A DNA stretch of 64,000 bases from Alphaproteobacteria bacterium (GTDB taxonomy: Bacteria; Pseudomonadota; Alphaproteobacteria; GCA-2731375): the NCBI GenBank assembly GCA_965232515.1, contig CBDDPY010000002.1, positions 6,400,001 through 6,464,000 of the forward strand, written 5' to 3'. The notes under the pieces are model-generated. The model was not told where the DNA came from. It was given only the letters and a program-made list of their open reading frames with translations, and made no database searches. The first letter of the stretch is position 1; each line of letters opens with the position of its first letter. A program made the position numbers and the translations under genes. Positions 1 through 10,300 of the stretch are shown piece after piece.

Positions 1-1741
1 GAAGGGCCGGAACGTGAAGCTGACGCACGGTCTTGCCGAAAGCGTTGCCCAAATCGAGGCGCAGCACGACGGCTTCGTCGACGAGATGCTGCCGTTCATG
101 GACGGGCTGATCAGCCATTACGTTCTCGATGGCGGCAAGCTTATCGTCGCCCATGCGGGCCTGCGCGAGGAAATGCAGAACCGGTCGTCGGGCAAGGTCC
201 GGTCGTTTGCGCTCTACGGCGATACGACGGGCGAGACCGACGAGTTCGGCTTGCCGGTGCGGCACAATTGGGCGGCCGAGTATGGCGGCCGGGCGAAGGT
301 GGTTTACGGTCACACGCCGGTGCCGGATGCCGAGTGGCTGAATGGCACGATCTGCATCGATACTGGTTGCGTCTTCGGCGGCAAGCTGACGGCCCTGCGC
401 TATCCGGAAATGGAGCTGGTCGAGGTGCCGGCGGCCCAAGTCTATTGCGAGCCGGTGCGTCCGATCGCGGCGCCGAAAAGCAGTGCCGCGACCGACGATA
501 CGCAGCTGCAGTTGTCGGACGTGATCGGGAAACGTGTCATCGGCACGCGGCTGAGCCGGTCGGTGACCATCCGCGAAGAACAGGCCGCGGCAGCCCTCGA
601 GGTAATGAGCCGCTTTGCCATCGATCCGCGCTGGTTGATCCACCTGCCGCCGACCATGTCGCCGTCGGAGACATCCACGCGTGACGGCTATCTCGAGCAT
701 CCGGACGAGGCATTGGACTATTTCCGCCGTCATGGCGTCGGCACCGTGATTTGCGAGGAAAAGCATATGGGCTCGCGCGCCGTCATGGTCGTTTGCCGGG
801 ATGATTCGACGCCCAGGAAACGTTTCGGCGTCGACGGTTCACGGCGCGGCGTCGTCTACAGCCGGACCGGCCGGGCCTTCTTCCCGGACCGGGAGGCCGA
901 GGCGGCCGTGATCGATCGTGTTGCATCGGCCGCGAGCCAAGCGGGCTGGTGGGACGAGTTCGCGACGGACTGGTTCTGCCTGGATGCGGAAGTCATGCCC
1001 TGGTCCGTAAAGGCGCAGTCCTTGATCGATCAGCAATACGCCCCGGTCGCCGCCGCCGCCGAGGCCGGCCTGCAGGCGGCGGTCGATGCGCTGGCGCTGG
1101 CCCTGGACCGCGGCGTCGATGTGGCCGGGCTGGCAGAGCGCTTCCGGCAACGTCAGACGCGTGCACGAGCCTATCGGGATGCCTACAACAACTATGTCTG
1201 GCCGGTCTCGGACCTGGACGACCTGCGCATCGCGCCCTTCCATCTGCTGGCCAGCGAGGGTGCGGTGCACGCCGACAAGGATCACCAGTGGCACATGAAG
1301 GTACTGACGCGCTTGTGTAATGGCGATCCGGCGTTGTTGTTCGCGACAACCCATCGTGTCGTCGACCTGTCCGACGAGGCTGGCGTCACCGCCGCGATGG
1401 CGTGGTGGGAAGAACTGACGGCGGCCGGCGGCGAGGGCATGGTCGTCAAGCCACTCGACTTCGTGGCGCGCGGCAAGCGTGGCCTTGTGCAGCCCGCGTT
1501 GAAATGCCGGGGCCGGGAATACCTGCGGATTATCTATGGGCCCGACTACGATGCGCCGGAAAACCTGAACCGCCTGCGCCAACGCGGCCTGTCATTGAAG
1601 CGATCGATGGCGTTGCGTGAGTTCGCGCTAGGCCTGGAATCGCTGCAGCGGTTCGTGGACCGGGAACCGTTGAGCCGCGTCCACGAATGCGTCTTCGGTG
1701 TGCTGGCCATGGAGACCGAGCCCGTCGATCCGCGGCTTTGA
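1..1741 (+). CDS. pnkp: Polynucleotide kinase-phosphatase (bacterial Pnkp, RNA repair), 5'-truncated by window edge
   Basis: Metallophosphoesterase motifs (VAHAG, YGHTP, IDTGCVFGG) followed by a ligase-like adenylyltransferase domain (EEKHMGSR, DAE, EGMVVKP, KCRGREYLRIIYG). The frame is open back to base 2. Confidence 0.92.
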   Translation, partial: KGRNVKLTHGLAESVAQIEAQHDGFVDEMLPFMDGLISHYVLDGGKLIVAHAGLREEMQNRSSGKVRSFALYGDTTGETDEFGLPVRHNWAAEYGGRAKVVYGHTPVPDAEWLNGTICIDTGCVFGGKLTALRYPEMELVEVPAAQVYCEPVRPIAAPKSSAATDDTQLQLSDVIGKRVIGTRLSRSVTIREEQAAAALEVMSRFAIDPRWLIHLPPTMSPSETSTRDGYLEHPDEALDYFRRHGVGTVICEEKHMGSRAVMVVCRDDSTPRKRFGVDGSRRGVVYSRTGRAFFPDREAEAAVIDRVASAASQAGWWDEFATDWFCLDAEVMPWSVKAQSLIDQQYAPVAAAAEAGLQAAVDALALALDRGVDVAGLAERFRQRQTRARAYRDAYNNYVWPVSDLDDLRIAPFHLLASEGAVHADKDHQWHMKVLTRLCNGDPALLFATTHRVVDLSDEAGVTAAMAWWEELTAAGGEGMVVKPLDFVARGKRGLVQPALKCRGREYLRIIYGPDYDAPENLNRLRQRGLSLKRSMALREFALGLESLQRFVDREPLSRVHECVFGVLAMETEPVDPRL

Positions 1742-1788
1742 CAAACGCCGCGCTGGACGCTGTGCCGCGCGACGCTAAGATCGCCGGC

Positions 1789-2319
1789 ATGAGCTACAGC
1801 ATTCCCATCCGGCCCGGCGTCGATCGATTGCCGGCGGCGCCGATCGAGATCCATCGCGAGGCCGTGCAGGCCGAGTGGATCGACTACAACGGGCATATGA
1901 ACGTCGCCTATTACGTGCTGGCGTTCGATCATGCGACGGACCGGCTGTACGACCTGATCGATCTGGGGGTCGACTATGTCGGGCGGACGAACAACTCGGC
2001 CTTCGTGCTGGAGACGCATGTCACCTACGCCCAGGAGGTGAAGCTCGACGATCCGCTGCGGTTCACCCTGCAACTGATCGACGCCGACGCCAAGCGGCTG
2101 CATTATTATTTCGAGATGTTTCACGCCGACGACGGCTTTCTCGCCGCCACAAGCGAGCAGATCTGCATGCATGTGAATCTCGACACCCGTCGTTCGGAGG
2201 CGTTTCCGGACCCAATCCGCGAGCGCGTCGCGGCGATCATCGAGGCGCAGCGCGACCTGCCGCGGCCGGACAAGGTCGGCCGGGTCATCGGCATTCCGCG
2301 GAAGGCGGTGGCGGAGTAG
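1789..2319 (+). CDS. Thioesterase family protein (4HBT/hotdog fold)
   Basis: EWIDYNGHMNVAYY motif; ATG at 1789 chosen as start. Confidence 0.88.
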   Translation: MSYSIPIRPGVDRLPAAPIEIHREAVQAEWIDYNGHMNVAYYVLAFDHATDRLYDLIDLGVDYVGRTNNSAFVLETHVTYAQEVKLDDPLRFTLQLIDADAKRLHYYFEMFHADDGFLAATSEQICMHVNLDTRRSEAFPDPIRERVAAIIEAQRDLPRPDKVGRVIGIPRKAVAE

Positions 2320-2453
2320 CGACCCCTTTTTCGCCAAAGCCACAGCCGAAACAACGCGTTAACGGTCGTTCGTTCTTTCCTTCGTAAGGAAATCGGCGTT
2401 TAATTCCCGTTCAATCCTAGTTTTTCCGCGTTCCTGGAGGTGCCGCGCGGGCA

Positions 2454-4226
2454 ATGCGGCTGGGTTCGCTTACCGACCGCCTGGAGCGGATTACCCATCA
2501 CGAACAGGTCGTCCTGTCGGTCCTGGCCCTGGTGGCCGGCGTCGCCGTCGCCTACGCCGCGATCGGCTTCCGACTCGCCATCGGCGGCGTGCAGTGGCTC
2601 GGCTTCGGCTTTTCCACCGAGGACGTGTTCAGCCGCGCCATGCTGCTGCCCTGGTGGCAGATCATGGCTGTGCCCGTCGCCGGCGGCCTGATCGTTGGCC
2701 TGCTGCTGCAGTTCCTGATGCCGAACCAGCGGCCGCAGGGCGTCGCCGACGTGATCGAGGCGACGGCCCTGAACAATGGCCGCATGCGGTTGCGCACGGC
2801 GATGACCGCGGCGGTGATCAGCGTGACCTCGCTTGGCGCCGGCGCGTCGACCGGCCGCGAGGGGCCGATGGTGCATCTCGGCGCGGCGATCGCGTCGGGC
2901 TTCTCGCGCTATCTGCATTTGAGTCCCGCGCACGCCCGCACGCTGCTCGGCTGCGGCGTGGCTTCGGCCGTGGCCGCCTCGTTCAACGCGCCGATTGCCG
3001 GGGTATTCTTCGCGCTCGAAGTGGTGATCGGCCACTATGCCCTTTCGACCTTCGCGCCGGTGGTCATCGCGTCCGTCGCCGGCACCGTGGTCAGCCGCAT
3101 CCATCTCGGCGCCCTGCCGGCCTTCATCATCCCGGAATACGCCATCGTCAGTCTGTGGGAGTTTCCGGCTTTCCTTCTGCTGGGCATGGTCTGCGCCCTG
3201 ATCGCGGTCATCTTCATGTGGTCGATCAACTTCGCGACCGACGTGGTCGACCGGGTCGATGTGCCGGTCTGGTTGAAGCCGGTTGCTGGTGGGCTGGCAG
3301 TGGGCGCGGTGGCCGTCTACTTCCCGCACATCCTGGGCGTCGGCTACGAGGCGACGGATGCGGCGCTGAAGGAACAGCTGCCGCTCTGGCTGCTGATCGC
3401 GCTCATCATCACCAAGACGGCGGCAACGGCGACATCGCTCGGCTGCCGCTTCGGCGGCGGTGTGTTCTCGCCGTCACTGTTCCTGGGCGCCATGACCGGC
3501 GGCGCCTTCGGCATCATCGCGGCCGCCGTGTTTCCCGACCTGGCGGCGGGTCATGGGGCCTATGCCATGGTCGGCATGAGCGCGCTTGCCGCCGCGGTGC
3601 TCGGCGCCCCGATCTCGACGATCCTCATCGTCTTCGAGCTGACCAGCGACTACCGCATGACCATCGGCGTTATGGTGGCGACCTCGGTCGCTTCGGTGCT
3701 GGTTCAGCAGGTCATGGGCGGCAGCTTTTTTCACCTGCAGTTGCGTCGACGCGGCCTGGACTTGCGCGGCGGCCGGGCCCGGCACCTGCTGCAGTCGCTC
3801 CGGGTGCGGGAAGTGATCGCCAACGACTTCGAGACCATCGACGAAGCCGTGCCCGTCGGTCACATCAAGCGCAAGCTGCAGGCCATGCCGCAGGCGACGT
3901 TCCTGGTCGTGAACGGCGACGCGCGCCTCGTCGGCCAGCTCTCGTTCGCCGACCTCAAGGAGGTGGCGTTCGACGCCAGTATCGATCATCTGGTGAACGC
4001 CCGCGACGTCGTGCGCGGCAGTCCCGTCGTGCTGACGCCGGACGATCCGCTGGAGGACGCGCTGGCACTGATGGACGTGCGCGGCGAGGACCATCTCGCC
4101 GTCGTCGACAGCCCGGCGCATATGCACGTCGTCGGCATCGTCCACCACAAGGACGTGCTGCGCGCCCTTAACCGCGCCCTGTTGCAAGCCCAGGCCGAAG
4201 AGCACGACGAACAGCGCCCAGGATAA
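2454..4226 (+). CDS. ClC chloride channel/antiporter with C-terminal CBS pair
   Basis: GREGP, FNAPIAG and GGVFSP motifs, many TM segments, CBS domains. Confidence 0.92.
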   Translation: MRLGSLTDRLERITHHEQVVLSVLALVAGVAVAYAAIGFRLAIGGVQWLGFGFSTEDVFSRAMLLPWWQIMAVPVAGGLIVGLLLQFLMPNQRPQGVADVIEATALNNGRMRLRTAMTAAVISVTSLGAGASTGREGPMVHLGAAIASGFSRYLHLSPAHARTLLGCGVASAVAASFNAPIAGVFFALEVVIGHYALSTFAPVVIASVAGTVVSRIHLGALPAFIIPEYAIVSLWEFPAFLLLGMVCALIAVIFMWSINFATDVVDRVDVPVWLKPVAGGLAVGAVAVYFPHILGVGYEATDAALKEQLPLWLLIALIITKTAATATSLGCRFGGGVFSPSLFLGAMTGGAFGIIAAAVFPDLAAGHGAYAMVGMSALAAAVLGAPISTILIVFELTSDYRMTIGVMVATSVASVLVQQVMGGSFFHLQLRRRGLDLRGGRARHLLQSLRVREVIANDFETIDEAVPVGHIKRKLQAMPQATFLVVNGDARLVGQLSFADLKEVAFDASIDHLVNARDVVRGSPVVLTPDDPLEDALALMDVRGEDHLAVVDSPAHMHVVGIVHHKDVLRALNRALLQAQAEEHDEQRPG

Positions 4227-4228
4227 TG

Positions 4229-4286
4229 AGTTCCGGGGACAGTAACTTTAATTCGCGTATGAATTAACGTTACTGTCCCCGGAACT
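4229..4286. repeat. 26-bp inverted repeat (REP/REPIN-like palindrome, likely bidirectional terminator)
   Basis: AGTTCCGGGGACAGTAACTTTAATTC-gcgtat-GAATTAACGTTACTGTCCCCGGAACT, 25/26 paired, between convergent genes. Confidence 0.8.
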
Positions 4287-4297
4287 AGACGCTTGCG

Positions 4298-5161
4298 TCA
4301 ATAAACCGCGGTGTCGGCGGGCTCGTCGATGATGCGGTTCTCGATGGCGCCGATATTCTCGATCTCGACCTTCACGACATCGCCGGGCTTGAGGTAGCGC
4401 TTCGGCGTGAAGCCCTCGCCGACGCCGGGCGGGGTGCCGGTGGTCAGCACGTCGCCGGGTTCCAGCGTGACCGCGCGCGATAAAATCTCGATCAGGTCGT
4501 AGCAGTCGAAGGTCATGTCGGACGTTTTGCCGTCCTGGCGCAGCTCGCCATTGACCCAGGTGCGCAGGCTCAAACGGTTCGGGTCGCCGACCTCGTCCGA
4601 CGTCACCAGCCAGGGGCCGAACGGTCCGTGCGTGTCGAAGCTCTTCGGGATCACCACCTGCGGCGTCTTTTCGACCCATTCGCGCGTCGTGAAGTCATTG
4701 ACCACGACATAGCCGGCGATCACGTCGGGCGCGCGGTCCTTCGGTACGTGACGGCAGTGCCGGCCGATCACCAGGCCGAGCTCGCCCTCGTAGTCCAGCG
4801 AATCGCTGACCCGCGGCCGGTGCACATCGCCGAAGGGCCGGTTGATGCAGGTCCGCATCTTGGCGAAGCAGCTCGGGAACTCGGGCGTCGCCGCGCCCAT
4901 TTCGCGGATATGCTCGGCATAGTTCAGGCCGACAGCCAGAAATTTGCCGGGCCGCGGCACCGGCGCTTCCAGGGTGACCGCATCGAGCGGCAGCCGTGCA
5001 CCGGTCTCGGCCGCCGCCCGCGCCGCCGCCATGCCAGCTTCGCCCATGGCGAGGAACTCGGTCATGTCGGCCGGCGCCGCCGCGGCGAGGTCGATAACGT
5101 GATCGCCCTCGACCACGCCGATGCGGCTGACGCCGGCTTCGGTAAAGGTGGCGAGTTTCAT
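4298..5161 (-). CDS. Fumarylacetoacetate hydrolase family protein
   Basis: GLNY, LDYEGELG, KSFDT, LEPGDVLTTGTPPGVG. Confidence 0.93.
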   Translation of the reverse strand: MKLATFTEAGVSRIGVVEGDHVIDLAAAAPADMTEFLAMGEAGMAAARAAAETGARLPLDAVTLEAPVPRPGKFLAVGLNYAEHIREMGAATPEFPSCFAKMRTCINRPFGDVHRPRVSDSLDYEGELGLVIGRHCRHVPKDRAPDVIAGYVVVNDFTTREWVEKTPQVVIPKSFDTHGPFGPWLVTSDEVGDPNRLSLRTWVNGELRQDGKTSDMTFDCYDLIEILSRAVTLEPGDVLTTGTPPGVGEGFTPKRYLKPGDVVKVEIENIGAIENRIIDEPADTAVY

Positions 5162-5183
5162 ATGACCCCCGGCGCGCCTGCCG

Positions 5184-6848
5184 TCAGATCACCAGCTCGA
5201 TCTTGCCGAGGCGTTTGGTGAGCTTCAGGTTCTCGCGGTAGTCGACCGGCACGGCGATCAGCGCCGGGCCCTTCTGCCGGAAGGCCTGTTTCAATGCCGG
5301 CACCAGCTCGTCCGCCTTCTTGATCTCCTTGCCCCAGATGCCGAAGGCCTTGGCCAGCGCACCGAAGTCTGGGTTGTTGAAGGCGAGCTCGGAATGCTTG
5401 CCGTTGAACTGGTTCTGCTGCTTCCACTTGATCAGGCCGTATTCGCCGTCCAGCCAGACCATGGCGACGATGTTCAGCTTCAGGCGCGCCGCCGTCTCCA
5501 GGTCCTGCAGGTTCATGAGGAAGCCGGCATCGCCGCTGATCGACATCACCTTCCTGTCGGGATAGGCGATCTTGGCGCCGATCGAGCCCGGCATGGCGAA
5601 GCCCATGGTGCAGAAGCCGTTCGAGATCAGGCACGTATTTGGATCGTCACACTGGTAATAGCGCGAGATCCACATTTTGTGCGCGCCCACATCGCTCAGC
5701 AGGATGTCGTCGGCGCCAAGGATGTTGCGCACCTCCCAGAGGATCTTCTGCGGCTTCATGGGGAAGCCCTTGGCGTTCTTCTCCATGGCGAAGTCGTCGA
5801 GGATGGTCTTGCGCAGCTTGCCGCGCTTCTTGATGTCGAACAGCGGCAGCTTGCCCTCGAAGCGCGCGTTCAGCTCCTCGTTCAGCTGCCACAGCGCGTC
5901 GGCCACGTCCGAAACGATCTCGCAATCGACGGGATAGGCGTTGTCAACCTCGGCCGGCCAGAAATCGATATGGATGACCTTCTTGTTGCCGGGCGTCTTG
6001 TTCCAGTGCTCGGGGCTGTACTCGACCAGGTCATAGCCGATCGAGATCACCAGGTCGGCGCTGTTCATCGCCGGCATGATGTGGTCCTTGCCCTGCAGGC
6101 CCATGGTGAACAGGCAATGCGGATCGGTGCGCGGCACAGCGCCCTTGCCCATGAAGGTGTTGACGACCCCGATGCCGGTCTTTCGGGCGAATCGCGCCAG
6201 CTGCTTGGCGGCGCGTTTGCGCACGGCGCCGTTGCCGGCCAGCACGATCGGGTTCTTCGCCTTGGCGATCATGTCGACGGCGTGGGCGATGACCTTGTAG
6301 TCGGCGGCGGCGCGCCGGGTCTTGCGCGCGGCCATCGGCTTCAAGCCCTTGACCTGATGCTTCATCAGGTCCTCCGGCAGCTCGATCACCGTGGCGCCGG
6401 GCTTCTCCTGCTCGGCGATCTTGAACGCCTTGCGGGTCACCTCGGGGATGTTCTCAGGATTGGTCACCGAGTGCGCCCACTTGCTGATCGGGTCGTACAT
6501 GGCGATCGAATCCATGTTCTGGTGGCTTTCCTTGTGCAGGCGGTCGGTGCCGGCCTGCCCGAGGATCACCACCAAGGGCGCCCGGTCCATGTTGGCGTCG
6601 GCAACGCCGGTCACCAGGTTGGTCGCGCCGGGACCGAGCGTGCCGAGGCAGACGCCGGCCTTGCCTGTCAGCCGGCCATAGGCGTCGGCCATGAAGGCGG
6701 CCGCCTGTTCGTGGCGGCAAAGAACAAATTCGATCTTGCTGTCGATCAACGAAATCATGACGTCGGCGTTTTCTTCGCCGGGCACGCCGAATATGTGGGT
6801 AACCCCCTCCGCTTCGAGGCACTTAACGAACAGGTCTGACGCCTTCAT
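5184..6848 (-). CDS. Acetolactate synthase-like ThDP enzyme (stand-alone large subunit)
   Basis: FGVPGEEN, RHEQAAAFMA, GPGATN, ThDP motif GDAGFLMN. Confidence 0.9.
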   Translation of the reverse strand: MKASDLFVKCLEAEGVTHIFGVPGEENADVMISLIDSKIEFVLCRHEQAAAFMADAYGRLTGKAGVCLGTLGPGATNLVTGVADANMDRAPLVVILGQAGTDRLHKESHQNMDSIAMYDPISKWAHSVTNPENIPEVTRKAFKIAEQEKPGATVIELPEDLMKHQVKGLKPMAARKTRRAAADYKVIAHAVDMIAKAKNPIVLAGNGAVRKRAAKQLARFARKTGIGVVNTFMGKGAVPRTDPHCLFTMGLQGKDHIMPAMNSADLVISIGYDLVEYSPEHWNKTPGNKKVIHIDFWPAEVDNAYPVDCEIVSDVADALWQLNEELNARFEGKLPLFDIKKRGKLRKTILDDFAMEKNAKGFPMKPQKILWEVRNILGADDILLSDVGAHKMWISRYYQCDDPNTCLISNGFCTMGFAMPGSIGAKIAYPDRKVMSISGDAGFLMNLQDLETAARLKLNIVAMVWLDGEYGLIKWKQQNQFNGKHSELAFNNPDFGALAKAFGIWGKEIKKADELVPALKQAFRQKGPALIAVPVDYRENLKLTKRLGKIELVI

Positions 6849-7021
6849 ATCCCCCTCCTTGAACGTGACGCGAAATTTCCCCGGCGCATCATAGGCGGTG
6901 TGATGCGCGCGGCATAGGCAGCATTTGTCGAGCTGTGGGATTTGCTCATGTGGCGGCGCGACGAGCCCGCTGGAGTCCCGACGGGGACGAATCGGTTATC
7001 GCTGTCTGTGCGGGTCGCGCG

Positions 7022-7228
7022 TCAACTGGCGTTGGGTTCGTCGGTCGGTGACCGCCCGTCCAGCCGGTTGCCGTCATGCTCGCCGCGTCGGCGCTCGCGT
7101 TCGGACGTAATCTGACGCCGCTTGCGTTTGTCGAGACCGTGTTTGGCGCGGTTCACCTTCGCCCGCTCTTTTGCATTCTCGCGTTCGCGTTGCTTGCGAA
7201 ACTGGTTGAGATTAACGATGTCTCCCAT
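7022..7228 (-). CDS. DUF4169 family protein
   Basis: MGDIVNLNQFRKQ...NRAKHG signature; usual neighbour of fumC/AsmA. Confidence 0.85.
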   Translation of the reverse strand: MGDIVNLNQFRKQRERENAKERAKVNRAKHGLDKRKRRQITSERERRRGEHDGNRLDGRSPTDEPNAS

Positions 7229-7370
7229 AGCGCTCGCCTGTCTTGTTTAGCGGCACCGGCTTCGTGTCCGGCTCTTTCGCCCCATGATCGAAGCTTAGCC
7301 CATACAGCATCGCTTGCAACCGGTGGGATGCGCGTCCACCCTGTAAGCGGCAGGCATTCTGGAGGTATTT

Positions 7371-10300
7371 GTGAAGAAGTTCGCCATCGGTCTTGCCGTC
7401 ATCGTCGTGCTGCTGGTGGGCGCGGTCCTGGTGGTTCCAAGTTTCATCAACTGGAACCAGTACAAGCCTGAGATCGTTGCCGCCGCCCGCGATGCCGCCG
7501 GCAGGGACCTTGTCGTCGACGGCGACATCAGCTTGAGCCTGCTGCCGGCGCCCGCGCTGTCGGTCGATGGCGTGCGTTTGGCGAATATCGAGGGTGGCTC
7601 GGCGCCCGACATGGTACGGCTCGGCGCGCTGCAGGTGCGCGTTGCATTCGGCCCGTTGCTCTCTGGACAGATCCAGGTCCAGAGCGTGCGTTTGGTCGAG
7701 CCGGTGATCCTGCTTGAAGTCCTGCCGGACGGCCGTACGAATTGGACATTTGGTCAGACCGAGGCCGCCGGCACATCCTCTGCCAACGACGGCGGGGCGG
7801 ACGGGGCGCCGCCGCTGTCGCTCGACGCCTTTGTGATCAGCGATGGCGTTCTCGTCTACCGTGATCAAGCCGCGGGCGTCGAGGAACGGATCGAGGGCTT
7901 GAACGTCGAAGGTGCCGCCCGCTCATTGAACGGTCCGTTCAACGCGGCTGGTGACATGACGATTCGTGGATTGCCAACGACCTTCGATGTCCGCGTCGGC
8001 GCGCTCGAGCCGGCACGGCCGGTTTCGGTGAGTGCGACCCTCGGACTGGCAGACACGAGCGCGACGGCGAACGTTAACGGCACGCTGACGGAGCCGACCG
8101 CCGACGGCAGGTTCTCCGGCAACCTGAAATTGTCGGCTGACAGTGCGGCCGAGCTTGCCAAGCTGGCGACGTCGGCGGGCGGCGGCCCATCGCAAATGCT
8201 GGCGCAACCCCTTTCGCTGACCGGCCGTGTCGATGCATCCGTTGCCGGCGTGGCGTTGAACGATATCCTGCTGCGCCTTGGCGACCTGCAGGGCGGTGGC
8301 GCCGTCAGCGCGACGTTCGGACCCGAGCCGGCTTTCGACGCGGCGCTTTCGGTCAATCGCATCGATCTCGATACGCTGCTGGCGGTCAACGGCGGAGATG
8401 GCGATGCCGGAACAGGCGCCGCCGCGCCTGCCGAAGACGACGCGCAGGCGCCGGCCTACCCGACGATCCCGGCGAACCTGCGCGGCAGTCTGAGCCTCGC
8501 CGTCGACGGCGTCGCGTTCAACGGCGGCGTCATCCGCCAGTTTCAGGCGAACGCGGCGGTGGCGGACGGCCGTCTGACGCTGTCGCGCCTGTCGGCGCTG
8601 CTGCCGGGCAGCTCCGATGTCAGCGTGTCGGGCGCGTTGACCACGGCCGGCGGCGCGCCGCAGTTCGATGGCAAGCTGGAAACCGCGTCAAGCAACCTGC
8701 GTGGGCTGGCCAACTGGCTGCGTCTCGATCTTAGCCGGGTGTCCGCCGACCGACTTGGCAGCCTCACCTTCACCGGCAATATCCGGGCGACGCCCGACCT
8801 GTTGCAGCTTTACGGCGTCAACCTGCGTCTGGATGCGACCACTGTCACCGGTGGACTTGCCTATCGCATTCAGGACAGGCCGTCGTTCGGCTTGGAACTG
8901 TCGGTCGACCGGTTCAACCTCGACGGCTATCTGGTGTCGGCCCCGCCGGAAAAGGCGACGGCCGAACCGGCGGCGACGGCAACGAACGCGACAGAATCGG
9001 CCGCGCCGCTGGCGGCGTTGGACAGCTTCGATACAAATTTCAAGCTCAACATCGGCCAGCTCACCTACAACAAGACCCGGATCCAGGGTGTCGACGTCGA
9101 CATGCGGCTGATCGGCGGTGTCCTGACAGTCAATAGCGCGACCGTGAAGAACCTCGCCGGCGCCAGTTTGGGCATGAGCGCCACCGGCGCCAACTTCAGC
9201 GACAAGGCCGCGTTCAAGGCCAACCTGTCGATGGCGTCGAACGATTTGAGCGGGCTCGCCCGTCTGACTCAAATCGAGCTGCCGGTGCCGGCTCAGCGTC
9301 TCGGTCGGGCGGACCTGACGGCGCGTCTCGACGGCAATGTCGATGAGCTCAAGTTCGACGTCAAAAGCAATCTCGCAGGCGGCGCGGTGACGTTGGTGGG
9401 CGGCCTGTCGCAGTTGATGACGACGCCGGCCTTCGACCTCACGTTGGACGCAAGCCATGCCAGCCTTGCCGGCCTGTCGCAGACGCTCGATCTTGGCGTC
9501 GTGCCGGCGCAAGGCGCCGACGGCAAGGTGACGGTCGGCGGCACGGTGCGCGGCGACCTCGACGCGGTCAATGTGAACCTGTTGGCCTCGGCGGCCGGCG
9601 CCGATCTCCAGGCCGGCGGCCGTATTACGCAACTGGCCGAAACACCGACGCTGGCGCTGACGGTCAATGCCGGCCATAAGGATTTGGTGGCCTTCCTGAA
9701 CGGTCTGGGCATCCGTTACGACCCGGCGCTCACCAACCTCGGCGGCTTCGGCCTGTCGGCTTCGCTCAACGGCACACCGGCGAACGTCCAGGTGCCCGAT
9801 CTCAAGGCTTTTGCCGGGCCGGCCGTGTTGGAGGGAACGCTCGCTTGGCGGAGCGATGGACCGCGGCCGTTCGTCGAGGCCAATCTGAACGCGAACGAGA
9901 TTATCGTCGATTTGTTCCTTCCGCCGGACCGACCCGTGGCTGCGACGCGCGGCGCGGCGCCAGCAGGGCAGGGCGGCGGCGCGGTGGCGGCCGGCAACCA
10001 GCGCTGGTCGCAGGAGCCGATCGATTTGGCGGCCCTCGGCATGGTCGACGCCGACATCGATCTGGCCGCGCGCGGGCTGGTGTTCCGGCAATATCCGTTC
10101 GTCGAGCCGCGCCTGAAGCTGGCCCTGAAGGACGGGCGGCTCGATATCAGCCAGCTGACCGGTCAGCTGTTCCGAGGCACGGTCGATCTGACGGCGCGCC
10201 TCGACAGCCGGCCGGGCCCGGCGTTGGCGCTCGACGTGCGGCTCGACGGCGCCGACATTCAGGAGGCCATGCGCACCGCCGTGGGATTGGACCAAGTCAC

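Noticed and set aside
2320-2453. Fluoride riboswitch upstream of the ClC gene
   Set aside because: No GGCGATGG...GCTGATGAC core. The protein has GREGP/GGVFSP rather than the CLC-F GREGT/GEVTP motifs. Only a short TTTCCTT/AAGGAAA hairpin is present.
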